Shown here: positions 39,501-54,500 of the stretch, piece by piece | Layout: the number at the start of each line of letters is the position of its first letter | Position numbering within the stretch: position 1 is the first letter of the stretch | NCBI GenBank assembly: GCA_026770705.1 | Contig: JANJGN010000032.1 | Coordinates: 16,554,001-16,618,000, forward strand | Direction of reading: 5' to 3' | DNA length: 64,000 nucleotides | DNA from: Isurus oxyrinchus | Lineage: Eukaryota | Position numbers and translations under genes: made by a program | The notes under the pieces: generated by a model | Databases searched by the model: none | Told to the model about the DNA's origin: nothing | What the model saw: only the letters and a program-made list of their open reading frames with translations

Positions 39501-42500
39501 CACACCTCTGTTTTGCAGCATATTTTTTTCGATGTGGACATAAGATGAATGAGAAAGAACGTGTTTGCCCAAAAGTATGATTGTAATTTTAATCTTGAAC
39601 TGAAGTTCAACATTTCACATATGAGTTCCCTTCCTGCAGGTCCCTCTTGATATAGATATGGACTTTCCTTTCCGTTGCATGTGTAACAGTACTTTACATC
39701 AGGCTGGTCTTTGTGCCCCTACCTACTTATCAAAGGAACTGAAGTGCACTTTCAAAATAGAGCTTATATATAAATGGAATATGGGGCAAGATCACATGAC
39801 TTGTCAGCAACTTTCCCTCTAAGCTGCGAAACGTGCAGTGCAGCAAATAGTCCATGGACAATCAACATTCCCCTTAAGGTGCATGCATGCCAGGCCACAC
39901 AGCAATCTTTAAGGCGTGCACACTAAAGAAAACTTCGAAGGAACATTGGCTGTTAGCTCTGTTACGTCACTTTAATATATAGTGCAATGTCCCAGAGACT
40001 TTTTGCTAAATTGCTGTTTGTTTATTAGTATTTATGGGGTCAAACTTAACATTTAAAAAAAGAACGACTATAGCTACAGTTAAATTGCCAACATTTTTAT
40101 CACTTTTTTTAAAAACCAGTTCAGGATGTTAGTTGGTTATTATTAATGGCTGTAACGTCTTTCTGGGTTTCTTAGTGGGCTCCAAGGAAGAACCAATGGA
40201 CCTGGAGAAACTGGTGCTGGAAAAACATAATTGGTTCAAACAATATGATGTTGCATTACCAGGCTCTACTCTTAAGGCACCAGGAAAGGAGCTGGCAACT
40301 GCCACACCGGTATGTGCATCCTTTGAATCAAAGAACTTCCTGTGGCTATTGGGGTACTTATGGGAAAGGGAAATTAAGTGTCTAATGATGCGCCATGGGT
40401 ATCCATGGTCTCCTGGAGCTTGCTTCATTCCCTTGGGGAATTGATGAAGAATTTCCCCATTTTCCCAGGGTCTTAAAGGAAGTGGCAGCGGAGATAGTGG
40501 ATGCATTGGCTATAATATTCCAAAATTCCCTGGATTCTGGAAAGGTTCCAGTGGATTGGAAAAATGCTAATATTCAAAAAGGGGGGGAGGCAGAAAGTAA
40601 GAAACTATAGACCAGTTAGTTTAACGTCTGTCATTGGGAAATTGTTGGAATCCATTACTAAGGAAGTAGTAATGGGGCATTTGGAAAGTCAGAACGCAAT
40701 CCCATCAGAGTCAGCACGGTTTTATGAAGAGTAAATCGTGTTTGACTAATTTGCCAGAGTGCTTTGAAGATGTGACAAGCAAAGTGGATAATGGGGATCC
40801 TGTAGGTGTAGTATATCTGGACTTCCAGAAGGCCTTTGATAAGGTGCCGCACAAAAGTTTAATACACAAGATAAGATCACACGGAGTTAGGGGTAATATG
40901 TTAGCTTGGATAGAGGATTGGCTAACCAACAGAAAGCAGAGAGTCGGGATAAATGGGTCTTTTTCTGGATGGCAAGCTGTAACTAGTGGGGTGCCACAGG
41001 GTTTGGTCCTTGGCCCCAACTATTTACAGTCTATATTAATGACTTGGATTCAGGGATAGAAGGTACTGAAGCTAAATTTGCAGATGACACCAAAATAGGT
41101 GGGAAAGTAAGTTGCAATGAAGAAACAAGAAATTTACAAATGGATGTGGGCAGGTTAGGTGAATGGTCCAAAATTTGGCAGTTGGAGTTTAACGCGGATA
41201 AGTGTGAGATTATCCATTTTGGTCAGAAGAATAAAAAGGCGACTTATTATTTAAATGGAGAGAAACTTCAGAATGCTTCAGTGCAGAGGGATCTGGGTGT
41301 CCTTGTGCATGAATCGCTGAAAGCTAGTACGCAGGTACAGCAGGTAATAAGGAAGGCAAATGGAATTTTGGCATTTATTGATAAAGGAACAGAGTATAAA
41401 AATAGGGGAGTGTTGTTGCAACTGTACAAGGCATTGGTGAGACCGCACCTGGAGTACTATGCACAGTTTTGGTCCCCTTACTTGAGGAAGGATGTCGTTG
41501 CACTGGAGGCGGTTCAGAGGAGGTTCACTAGATTGATTCCTGAGATGCGGGGCTTGTCTTATGAGGAGAGATTGAGCAGTTTAGGCCTACACTCGCTAGA
41601 GTTTAGAAGGATGAGAGGAGATCTAATTGAGGTATATAAGATGCTAAAGGGGAGAGACAAAGTAGACGTGGACCGGATGTTTCCCCTTGTGGGGCATTCT
41701 AGAACGAGAGGCCATAGTTTTAGGCTAAGGGGTGGTAGACTTAAATCAGAAATGAGGAGGAATTACTTTTCTCAAAGGGTCGTGAATCTGTGGAATTCAC
41801 TACTTCAGAATGCAGTGGATGCCGGGACGCTGAATAAATTTAAGGAGGAGATAGACAGATTTTTAATTAGTAATGGGTTAAAAGGTTATGGGGAGAGGGC
41901 GTGAAATTAGAGTTGAGGCCGAAATGAGATCAGCCATGATCGGCAGGCTTGAGGGGCTGAATTTGCCTACTCCTGCTCCTAGTTCTTATGTTATGTTCTT
42001 ATGCTTTCTTGAAATTAGCCACAGTTTCAATATTTTTTTTTTTAAGTTTGCTTCCCCCAAGAGTTGACATTACTATTGATTAGGCAGGCTGGTACACAAA
42101 TTGCCCCATCTGATAGAATGACCATTAATGGTCTTACTCGTCCTTAATTCTTTGTTTGTATGTGTGATAGGTTTTCAACAGCTTGACTTGTGAATTTAAA
42201 GTAACAAATTGCCCCAAAGTTGTTCATTGAGGTGGAAAAAGACAACACCAAATCATGGGAGAAGGGATGGGAGTCATGAACAAACAATGGGTTTTAAAGA
42301 CACTTCTGTGGGAGGGAGAACAGCAGCAAGTTAAAAAGGTTTAACGAGAGCGTTCAAGTGTGGGCTGAGATGGCTCGGGGCTGTGTGGCCAAAGAAGAAG
42401 CAGAGGGAATCAGGCATGCAAGGGTGGACAGATTTGAAAGAATAGAGGATGCATGCTGAAACATAAGGGTGAAGGAGATTGTAGAGATGAGAAAAGCAGT

Positions 42501-45500
42501 GCAATGGAGGCTCTTGTGGACGAGGTCAAGAATTTTGAAAGCGTTGCATTGGGAAGTGGAGGTTGGCATGAATAGGGATGATTGGCAGTGGGACTTGATG
42601 TGCAGCAGGATGTGAGTGATGGAGTTTTGGATGATGCAATTTGTAAAGTATTTTTGATAGAGGAATTGATTGTATTTTGACTGTCATTTTAAAGAATATA
42701 TTGATAACTAATGTTTTTGTTTCAAAACCTTATAATGGTTGTTTTTGCTTTTTCTTTTCAGGAAACTGCCTCAGAGTGTCCAGTGAAGGAAAGAATTGTA
42801 GTGCATCATTATAGTAATAATATGTCGATCCTTGATGTTCACCAGCTTCCCATAATACAACCAGAGAACTCTCCACCCTCATCCCCAAGTGTATCATCAC
42901 CTGGGACTCCAGCAGAGTCAAGTAAGCCTGACCTACCAGTTGAGTCACCAAAGATTAAGCATTCTCTCGCACTGGACGAAAAGCAGTTTGAGGAACCACA
43001 GCCACAAATGAAGAGGTGGAGGGGAATACGTTGGAAACGTTTGGAATTTAAAGTCATATTTCACAAGGGGAAGTTTAAGCATGTATCTCAGCATGAAATT
43101 GAAGAACTCATTCAGAAACTGGGGACATCATTAAAACCAGACCCCATGCCCAAGGACACTAGGAGATGCTGTTTCTGTCATGAAGAAGGTGATGGAATAA
43201 CAGATGGACCTGCAAGACTCTTGAACCTTGACTTGGATTTGTGGGTCCACTTAAACTGTGCATTGTGGTCTTCTGAAGTGTACGAGACTCAGGCAGGAGC
43301 ACTAATAAATGTGGAAGTGGCTTTCCACCGAGGACTTACCACAAAGTGTGCTTTTTGTCAGAAGACTGGAGCAACTACTGGTTGCCATCGGGTCCGATGC
43401 CCAAACACCTATCATTTTGCTTGTGCTATCCGTGCCCGTTGTATGTTTTTTAAGGACAAGACTATGCTTTGCAGTCAACACAAACTGAAAGGAGCTAACG
43501 AACAGGAAATTAGGTGTTTTGCTGTTTACCGCCGTGTCTACATTCAGAGAGACGAGGTGAAGCAGATTGCTAGCATTGTACAGCGTGGCAAGCGCAGTCA
43601 CATGTTCAGGGTTGGTGGACTGATTTTCCACACCATTGGTCAGTTACTCCCCCATCAGATGCAGGAATTCCACAGTGTGACAGCTCTTTATCCAATTGGA
43701 TATGAAGCAACACGTATTTATTGGAGCATGCGATACACTAACAAACGTTGCTGCTACCACTGCACCATCAATGATACTAATGGGAAACCAGAGTTTGGCA
43801 TCCAGGTTATTGAGCAAGGACATGAGGATCTGATTGTTACTGATTGGACCCCACAAGGTAAGAGCAGTCTACAGTGGTCAGGATAAAGAATTTTTTTAAC
43901 TGAACAATACAATGATAGATTTTCCAACAACTTATAAGTTAGCGACATAAATCTTTGATTTCCTCACCTATCCTTCCCTCACGGCTAAAATTACCTGTAT
44001 AAAGTTACATCTCATTGTGGTTTTCTTGTGTATCTTGCCATGGCACTTCGAATGCATTATTTTGACTGCCACTTATTAGTTTTATTGTGTCATCCTGTGT
44101 AACCTTAGAATCGGGAGGCAGTGGTGTAGTGATATTATCACTGGACTGGTAATCCAGAGACCCAGGATAATGCTCTTGGGATTCAAGTTCAAATCCCACC
44201 ACAGCAGATGGTGGGATTTGAATTCAATAAAAAAGAAATCTGGAATTAAAAATCTAATGATGACCATGAAACCATTGCCGACTGTTTTAGGGAAGGAAAT
44301 CTGCTGCCCTTGCCTCGTCTGGCCTACATGTGACTCCAGATCTGCAATAATGTGGTTGACAAGGGCAATTAGGGATGGGCAATAAATTCTGGTCTTGCCA
44401 ACGACACATCTCGTGAACAAATTTAAAAAAAGTTCATGCTGTTGCTTTATTATTTATAATTGGATGGTTTTGTAATTCTCTATAATATCCCTAAATTTTT
44501 TATATGTTCTTAATTATATAATATAAATGGATTGCTTTTCAAAATGGTTAGTGCAGAATGAATGGTCCAAATGGTCATCTCCTGTGTTATGAGCTAATGT
44601 GCTGAGCTAATTATTGTTGTGTTAGTAACTTTAGTTCAATCGCCTCTGCATAGGAAACTAATAATTTCCATCATCACCATGCACAATCAGGTAATCTCTT
44701 CATGCATTTCCCTATGCTGTACCAGTTTTATTTTAGACTGCACTGTTAGTCAGTTCCTCATGCCATTGTCAGTATATTAGCAGAGCAAGTTGACATCATA
44801 ATTTATCAACTTTACTTTTGTTTGTCTTAAACTCAGACCTTGCTTGTTGACTAATTACTATTTCAGCAAAACTTTTTTCTATTATTTGCTCCTGTCAAAT
44901 TACCTAAGCCATCTTCCGATTAGCCTTATTAGTCAAATGTACCTTGGAGTACTCATCCTATTATTCAAAAGATCTTGGGCAAAATCATCCCAAGGCTTAA
45001 AGCAGCAGATGCACTTTCACCACCCTGAACAGGTTCGGGGAAATATTAGGCTTTTTGTCTTCATTGTATTTTGCTGGAACCTCCTTTTAAATGCAATTCC
45101 AAGGCAAAATGTTTAAACTATGGGAGAGGATATATGGTCCCTTATGGTACCAAGCTCTTAATGGCAGCGTGTTTCAGAGGCCCTCCACCGCCCCCCTCCC
45201 CCCCAACCCCGGATGTAGACAGCCTAAATGTGTGTAGTTAAGCAATATTAAAAACATGAAGATCATCATATCAAGGGCTTAAACAGTCTCCCCAATCCTT
45301 CATTGTGAATCTTTAGTAGCCTGGCGGAAAATCAGAAGAAACCTGCTCCAGTCAAAACAAATAGATTTGAGTGATTTGTGACCCTGGAATTCATACTTGT
45401 GACTTTGTGGACAACTTTGTGATGCATTTTGTGGATGATCCGTTCTCTGACACTCTGTTAGTACAACAGAACTTCATGCCCATCATTTCTCAGTACATTT

Positions 45501-48500
45501 ATGTTACTGATCTCTCAAGTTATCTGGACAATACTAAATATAGGCAATGTGCTTCTCTGCAAGTTGCTATGCTCTGCTTATACACCCCCAAGTGACTAGC
45601 TTAATAGCACCCCTTAGCAGAGGCTTAGGAGGTAGTTGGTTGCTTGTTCTCCAGATCAAGAGTTGGTGTATTCATCAGGCAGCGGGAGAAAATAACTTGA
45701 TTTTGTTTTGGCAGGAAACGGGTGGGGAGATGCATAAACTTTTGTGTTTGGTATTTAGTAATTCTAACACGTCACCTGTGGAGGCCCAGCTTAAAAGCAT
45801 TCAACTTATGTTTTTCATTTATTCTCCTCTTTTCTCAGGTGTTTGGAATAGGATTCTTGAACCAATTGTGCGACTGCGCAAAGAAGCAGACATGTTACGA
45901 CTTTTTCCTGATTATATTAAAGGAGAGGACATGTTTGGACTGACTATCCATGCTGTACTAAGGATCGCAGAGTCGGTAAGAAAAACAGAATAACAGCTCC
46001 AAATACAGAAATGCCTGCAAAATGAAATTGACAGATTCCAAGTTTTTAAAATATAACTTATAACATGTCTAACCAGTAACCATATGTAAGACTATTTAAA
46101 TTCAGTTGTATTTTGATGACTAGCTGTACAGTTAACCACCCTCCACTGGAAAGGCTATTAAACATCACAGGAAATGATCAGGTGAATGAGTGGGGAGAAC
46201 AGACTATATAAAACTGCAAGTGAAGGTGGTCGTAAACTGCAGGATATATCAATTATATGCCAAAAACAATGATTAATTTCAACATACTAACAGCAATAAC
46301 TTATACAGTAATTATGTAGCACCTTTAATAAAACATTCCAAGTCATTTCATGGGAGCATTGTAAAACAAGATATGGCACTGAGCCACATAAGGAAATATT
46401 AGGTCAGATGACCAAAAGCTTGGGCAAAGAGGTAGGTTTTAAGGGGTATCTTAAAGGAGGAAAGTGAGGCAGGGACATGGAAGAAATTTCAGAGCTTAGG
46501 GCCAAGGCAGCTGAAGGCACCGCTGCCAGAAGTAGAGTGATTTAAAACCAGGGATGCTCAAGAGTTCAGAATTGGATGAGTGCAGATATCTCAGCAGGTT
46601 GTGGGACTGGAGGAGATTACAGAGATAGGGAGATGAGAATTTTAAAATCAAGGTGTTGCTCGACTGGGAGCCACGAGCACAGAGGTGATTGGTTCAAGTT
46701 GAAATAAGAGTAACAAAGACCAAGTTTACAGGGGGAAGAATGTAGGAGAACAGTCAGGAGTGGGTTGGAATAGTCAAGTCTAGAGGTAACAACGGCATGG
46801 ATGAGGGTTTGAACAACAGATGAGCTGAGGCAAGGTGAAGTTGGGCAATGTTATGGAGGTGGAAATAGGCAGTCTTGGTGATGGTGCGAATATGTAGCCA
46901 GAAGCACATCTCTGGGTCACATATGAGACCAAGATTGTGAGCAGTCAGGTTTAGTCTCAAGACAGTTAGAGAGGGATGGACTTGGTCGCATGGGAACAGA
47001 GTTTGTAGTGGTGACGAGGAAAGCTAAGTAAAAGTATGACTTGCCGAAATGGGTGTTAAAAGTAGAAAGGACCAGAAGTTAGCCCATAGGGTTAGGAAAT
47101 TGAGGTTTGGTGCAGCAGCCAAAATACACACATGAATAGAGGCACTAAAAATGGTTTAAGTTACATAAGTAGATAGAGAGGTGCCTAAAACCTAGCAATG
47201 CAAATTTTGCATACAGGCATGGAATTGTAGTCAAGAACTCAGTGATCCAGGGCTGGCCACTGAGGTAAGTAAAAAGGCTTTGCAGAACTGTTGGGGTTTG
47301 ATTGATGAAAGGCAGTAGGTGATGCAAAGTTGTGCAGTGCTTGGTGAAAACAATGTAATCTGGGGATTCAAAGGTGGACATTGAACCCTGGGGTGTTTAC
47401 AAAGCAGTGGAGTGGAGATTCAGATTTTGTTTGCCGTCACCAGCTGTTGAGCCTGTAGTGCCCCACTTTAGGAGTGGCTTTCTCTGAGTTGTATTGTGGT
47501 CTTCCTAACAGCTGATTTATTCCTATTCACCCCAGGGCGAACCGGGCGCCAACATTGTGATCTACCGAGTTGAGTTTGAGCAGGCATTCTGAGAGAGGTG
47601 TCGGATTGAGGGCTATGGCATGAAGTCTTTGGTGGAGGGATGAACAGAAAGTTTTCGGTTTGCCTGCATGAGTTGCAAGAAATTTTAGCTCATCCATGAT
47701 TGATCAGATAGGCAAACAGGTAGCATCGTGACAGTTGTGGTATCAGGGATTATCGTGGATCAGTAAAGCTGGATTTTGAAATGTGCTATCTGCAAAATAC
47801 TAAGTCATTTAATTATGGAGAAAACGTGGGCATTCTCCCATTTTTTTTCTTTTGAGGGAGATTTTACCCCTTTTTTTGTTGAAATATTTTTTTTTTTAAA
47901 TTATTTTGTGAATTAATCTTGTTTTATCTCCAGTTGCCAGGTGTGGAGAGTTGTCAGAACTACATATTTAGGTATGGTCGTCACCCGCTTATGGAGCTCC
48001 CTCTAGCTGTTAATCCAACAGGTTGTGCCCGTTCTGAACCGAAAATTATGACCCACTACAAACGGTAGGTACATGAAAAATACAATTGACTTGCTTATGA
48101 TGAGGATAATTTCATAAAATACCTTAAGAAAAAAATCACAGTAATAATGAAGTGAGCCCTTTTACAAGATTTAAACTATGAATTTATATTCAAATATGAA
48201 GACAATTTCTGTAATATGTGCATGTGATATTTTGATACCCACTGAAGAGCACTGACTTACAGTTAGAAAATAGTGCAGTTTAAAATAGTTTTTTCCATAA
48301 ATGCTAATTCTGCCCATCCTGTTGCATCACCCAGTGTTTTTGGCTGCTGGACTACTTCCTTGACCTGGGAGGATAGAACGGTTTGGGCCATGGTGTGTGT
48401 GGGGCTGCCATTTACGTTTGCCTAACAGTGTGAAATGTGGTTCAATACCAGCCTTGACATTTATTTGTGCCTCGTTGTACACTTCAGTGTCCCGTAGTGT

Positions 48501-51500
48501 GGCATAATACTGTATCTCATTCAGTTTTGCACACCTGGAGAAATGTTCAGTGGTAGCTGACAAGTTCAGAAAGCCAAGGCTAAATTTTAAACTTCCAACT
48601 TTCTAGTAGCGAATCCAGTGTTCTGCTGCTACAACGAGCTACTGGGTCTCAAAAGCCTATTATAAAAACAATGAGTAATGTGATATAACTTTATTTTTCA
48701 CTTTATTATCTTACTGGCCTGTGTAAAAGTATTGTATGTAGAGAGCACTAGTACCTCAAACACATTTTTAGTCTTTAGATAGGATTACGACAATCCCTTT
48801 GAGAATCTAAAGACTTTGGTTCAGGGGAGCCTTACCTTATTGGAAAAATGATTAGCAAATATAATGTTAAGTATTATAGAATTTAAATTGTCCAAGTATA
48901 AATGTTAATTTTTTCCCTACATAACTTAACAGGCCGCACACCTTGAACAGTACCAGCACATCAAAAGCATTTCAGAGTACAGTAACTGGAGAAATTAACA
49001 CTCCCTACAGCAAGCAATTTGTCCACTCCAAATCCTCTCAGTACCGCCGGCTGAAAACTGAGTGGAAAAATAATGTTTACCTGGCTCGATCACGAATACA
49101 GGTGAGTCAGCACCAGCATGATGTGAAATACCAATTAAAAAGATTGTGTGCTCTGAAATCAAATTATTTTCTCATTTGTTTAGTATTTGCCATCCTCCAT
49201 GGTGGATGGAGGGAAGAATTTGACTGAAAATCCAATTTCCTAGGAATAACATCTCAAGATACTCAGGCCTTTGCATAACCACCATTTAGTAATATAGTAA
49301 CATAGTAATCACTTACTATATTTATATATAGGTTTCATTCATGATCACATTCTTGGGTGGTTCTTCTGCTATCATTGATACCAGTCTTCATTGTATATTT
49401 ATATGCAAAGGGGAAACCTTCCTTTGGGATTTTTCTGTATTGTCCGTAAGATACTGGTGTTTCATAGTAGTAGTTCCGAGATAGATTTCAACAAAGTTTT
49501 AGCTTCACACATTACCATTGTTGCTGTCTCAACCTGTAATGCACCTCATTATTTTTGGCGCCTTGGTCTTGGCTCACCTAGGCCCATCTTGGGTGTATTA
49601 CTTCCAATTGAAGTATGCTCCTGGCTTCAAGGGGATATTAATAGTTATCAATTCTTCTCCACAGCCAATAACCATGACACCTGTTTGCATTTTCTTTTGA
49701 TACCCTTTTACCTTCAGAGGCTTAAAACCTGCTCCAAATTCAGCAGAAGAGCCCTTTGTCTGCTTTACTGAAAGACTGATAAGTATATCTAATCTCAGTT
49801 CTTTCAAACGATTTTTCCATGAAGCCCACCTTTTAAAGCTCAAACATCTGATGCAGTCGGGGTAAATAGAGAACATTTTCAAGAGTGATCCCAACATAGA
49901 GAAACTCCTGGAGCCAGCATCTCTTGCTGGTTGATTTGGCTATACAGAAGGTGAATTGCTGTCCTGTGACCTGCCTAGTAACTCCCTCCACCAATTTTAT
50001 AATTCTTCAAACTTTTGGAATCTGCAGTCTCCATGGTGCCTCTGGACACTGGAGTATCAATTTAAAATTGAACGTAGTTGTCTTGAGCAAGCTGCAAGGA
50101 TAGCAATCCTCAGCCTTTGGAGTAGTTCTGTTACATAAAAGTAGATTTAAAAACAAGATCAATACAACTGCCTTAAATTGACTAGAACCAGTTTAATGTG
50201 GAACATTTGAGCTCAAGTTGTTTTCAAAGAGGAATCTTGATAATTACAATAGATGGAGGTATCTGTAACTGTCGTCTACATTGTTAGCTGCTTCTGTCAA
50301 CAAAAAATGTGTAGAGCTCTTATGCAGTAAAAGAAATGTATGACTTGATATCTAGCATGAAACTTGAGTATGGCCCCATCTATTTTGCTTGTTCAGATGA
50401 TGAACCAATGCAAAAGTACATGCAGCTTAATTTACACTTGAATGGGTGATGGACTGCACTGGATGTATTAATATTTTTGAAATGTGCCAGCATAATATTC
50501 TTCTGCTTGTGTAAACTGGGAATCGCGAGCTCCTACTGGAAACGTATGGTATATCCACAGGTTAAACCTTGTGACACTTGGTCACAAATAATGGAACCTG
50601 GACAGGAGTCAATTAACTTCTCTCAGTGAAGGTTATGATAGAAAACAAAAACAGAATTACCTGGAAAAACTCAGCAGGTCTGGCAGCATCGGCGGAGAAG
50701 AAAAGAGTTGACGTTTCGAGTCTTCATGACCCTTCGACAGAACTTGATTTCGAGTCCAGGAAAGAGTTGAAATAAGAATCTGATAGAATTATGATAGAAT
50801 TCATTTCAATATTTATTTTACCTTTGTTTTTTTTTTCTGCTCCATAGGGTCTGGGTCTCTATGCAGCCAAAGACCTTGAGAAGCACACAATGGTGATTGA
50901 ATATATAGGGACAATCATTCGCAATGAGGTTGCAAACCGCAGGGAGAAGTTGTATGAGACTCAGGTATGGATTAACCATCACTGTGCATGGTATTGCATA
51001 CAGCTTCAAGCACAATTACTACAAATGGGCTGTTGAACACTTTTTATTTTCAGGTCATTGAAATCTACAGGTGCCAAAATTGCTTTTCAATTATTCAAGG
51101 TTAAAATAGAAAAAAGCATCAGTGGTGGACATATCATGTTGCCAGCAGTTCACATTATCCCACCAAATTTAAGTGGCTACCCAATTTGCACCTTTCATTG
51201 GTAAATCATGGGCTTATGACTGCAATCCTCTTGCATACATAATTCTCAGTCTCAGCCATTCTGCTATGGTGAATTGCCACGTAGAATTCAGCTACCTCCC
51301 TTCAGGAAAGGGTAGTCATCTCCTTTGGGCTCCTTTTCCCACACCATTCAGCAACCAGTTTCAGAGCAACATTGGAGGCACTGGAAACAGGTTGGCCATT
51401 CTTAGTTGGGGGGTTGTATTTGCCACAGGAAAATCCAAGCAAAATGTTTATGTATGGTAACATTATGTTCTGTGTTTGACCATTATTTTCAAAAGGGGTA

Positions 51501-54500
51501 ATGCATAAATATTTGAAAATGAAACATTTAAAAAGCTATAGGCAGGAAAATTGGACTAAGTGAAATCACCCCTTCAGAGAGATGACACAGGCAGATGGGT
51601 TCAGTGGTTGGATTCTATGATTGTACTGAGAGATACATTCGCTAACTCGAATTAATCCTAATAAATGTCACAATCTGGCTTGTGTCAGAGTGATACTATA
51701 TAATTCTTTAGGTGCAATGGTGAATGCTGTATTAGTGTATAAACTGTACATTGATGTATATGAGGATATGTTATAAGCATCATGTTAAGTACATACTAAA
51801 TATATTTGCTGTCATATATAAATAATTGTCAAATAACCTGTACTAGAGAATGCATGGTAGATTGCATGCTATCTGCTCGAACCATTCAACTTTCTGCAGC
51901 TCTCATCACCCTGTATCCCATCGAATGGCTGCATGATTGCCAGGGTCTTTCTTTGGGGTCATTTTGGTCCGCTTTTGGTTGTCCTACTGCTAATCTTCTG
52001 TGCCCCACTACTGTGTTTCCTGGTGTTGATGCTGGTTTCGATTTTAACTGATGTAAAGCTCTGAGAACCAAGGAAATAAAGTGAATATACTATTGTGAAT
52101 CAGAAATGCTGAAAATGAACAAGTCAGTCAGCTTCTCTAAAGAAGAAAGACAGGTTGATGTTTCTGTTGCAGGGGATTTCTTCAGGACTCCGGTCTTGCA
52201 TTGGAACATTGGCCTTCTTTATACAAAGGTGCTGACTGACTTGCGTATTTCTGACATTTTCTCTTTTTGTTCACAATATTTTAAAGCTACTACTGTTGTG
52301 CATACAGAGAATAGAGAAAACCAAAAAGGAGGAAGAATGTTGTTTAAAAAAAAAACTGGGACATGAAACATGACACATACAGAAGAAAAATAAAAATAGG
52401 AAAGATAGGAGAAAAACATAACATTAAACCACTCTTTGATTCCTAACTTAATAGGTATTTTGCAGCATCTCAATTTCCTTGGGTGTGAAGACCAGAATAT
52501 ACCATTACCTCAATCAAGATTTGCTGATGTTCCATAATCTCATGCTCTAGAAATATTTGAAAGAAAATTGGTTGTTAGTTGAGTTTAGGAGCAAGTGATA
52601 TATCATGATATTGGATTCTGTCTTCCTGCCACGGTACCTATAGAGCTGAAAGCAAAACTGTCAAAAGAAAGTTCTAGCTTGTTGCTTTTTGTATGGTTTG
52701 GTACCTGAAGGAAGAGCAATGACTTTTAATTCTAAACACAAGCATTTGTGTATTTTGTTTGTACATAGATTTGATTGGCAGTTCTCTGAGCATAAGGCAT
52801 GTATCAAAATCTCTGTTGCCTCGGTTGCTTTTGTCTTTCGAAAGTATGTTACCTTTTGCATAAAAAAGATGATTGTTGAAAGCCATGGGATATATAGACT
52901 GGAGAGATTCTGGTGGGATTTTCTGGCCCCTCACGGGCAGGACCTGCCGCAGGCGAAACGGTACCCCAGCCAGAAGTCCATTGACTTGCGGCGGGACCAG
53001 AAGATCCCGGCGGCAGGCAGGTGTGGAAAATCCCGCCCTCTGTCAGAAGCAAACCAACGCAGAGTGGTTAATGTTCATCAGGGACTTTTGCGTTCAATCC
53101 AGTTTAAATTATAATTAAGCAAAACAGATGTGAATGTTATTTTTTCTATTGTATCTGAGGAGTGTGTTCTGTAAAGCTATAGTATGTCATTTGTTATGAT
53201 CCTGGATCAGACCCCCAAATGTTTGGTACGATCCAGTTAGGGGCCATTAACTACTTGTTTTAAAATAGATAGTGTTTGAGATTCGAGACACTTTCTAAAA
53301 GAATAAAGCCACAAGATTCCACTGGTTCTGAGCAAACAAATATAAACTTTACTATCCAAGGTCAGAAAGATAAAACTATTTACAATATCTACACTAACAT
53401 TCAGGGTTAATATGAGGTTCATGTGAATTAATGGCCAAACTGGTCAAACACCACACTGCACTATAAATGGCAAGTGCGACCAAGACAGATTCCATGGATT
53501 TCTCAACAACTCACCCAGGCATCACTAAACAGTGTGAGTTAACCAATCTTGTTGAAACTCTGCCTCTCTCACGAGGGATTCCAGTCTTCACCTTCTAAGA
53601 TCTCACCTTGGAACTCTGTCCAAAAGTCGCTCCAATTCAGACGGCATAAATGACGGCCCATCTCACAAGGTTTCAATCTTATCTCCCAAGACTCTGTTTC
53701 CCTGGATTCTCAAGTCTGCATTCCAGCACCAACTCACAAGCACAACTTCAGCTATTCAGCCATGCTGAGCAGAACACCACTGCTCCAAAGGGTTACCTTT
53801 GATCCAGCGGCCCACAGCACAGAGTCTCCAACCTTCTGCTGCTTCCTTAGATCTTCAGGATTTCTCCCAAGTCCTTTTCAATTGCCAGGTCTTCTCCTGA
53901 GCCCTCTTCAACTTTTCTGCTTGGAACCTCTTTCTCTGCTCTTCTTAACTGGGACCTCTCCGTCCCCTCTCTCTTTGGGAAATCTCCCTGTCCCCTGCCT
54001 GGATCTCTTGTCCGATTATAGTGCCCCGCTCCTGATCACACGATCCAGTTTTTGCACCTTTTTTCCTTCACACAGGCGCACTGGGTGAGGACCGCCCTGA
54101 AGAGCTACAAATGCCGGATTGCACATGCGCCACCTGCTCCAGGAACGCACATGCGTGAAAGTCCCAAGTCATGCTGTGAATTGTCATTCCCGGCCCCCTG
54201 ATATGCTAAGTTTGGATCTCCTAACCCCTCCCCTTGGGCGAAAAGTCCTCACCATTGTGAAGCCTTTACAATGGCTATAAGTACTTAAGGCATTTGTTGG
54301 AAAGTTTATGATGTAATTGCATACTGTACAGATAAACTCTTCATTTTGTTCCACAATTACACATGTCATATTATAAAGGTACAAAGACTTGACCAAAACG
54401 AAAGCCAGTACATGTGACAAATAGGATTAGTAGGATTCAAACATCATGGAATTATCATAACTTGGAACCTGGGCCAGGATTTTCCCGTTGGCAAGTGGGG

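Noticed and set aside
41044-41904. 286-aa ORF as a host gene or active LINE
   Set aside because: C-terminal part of a 5'-truncated CR1 RT with upstream frameshifts.
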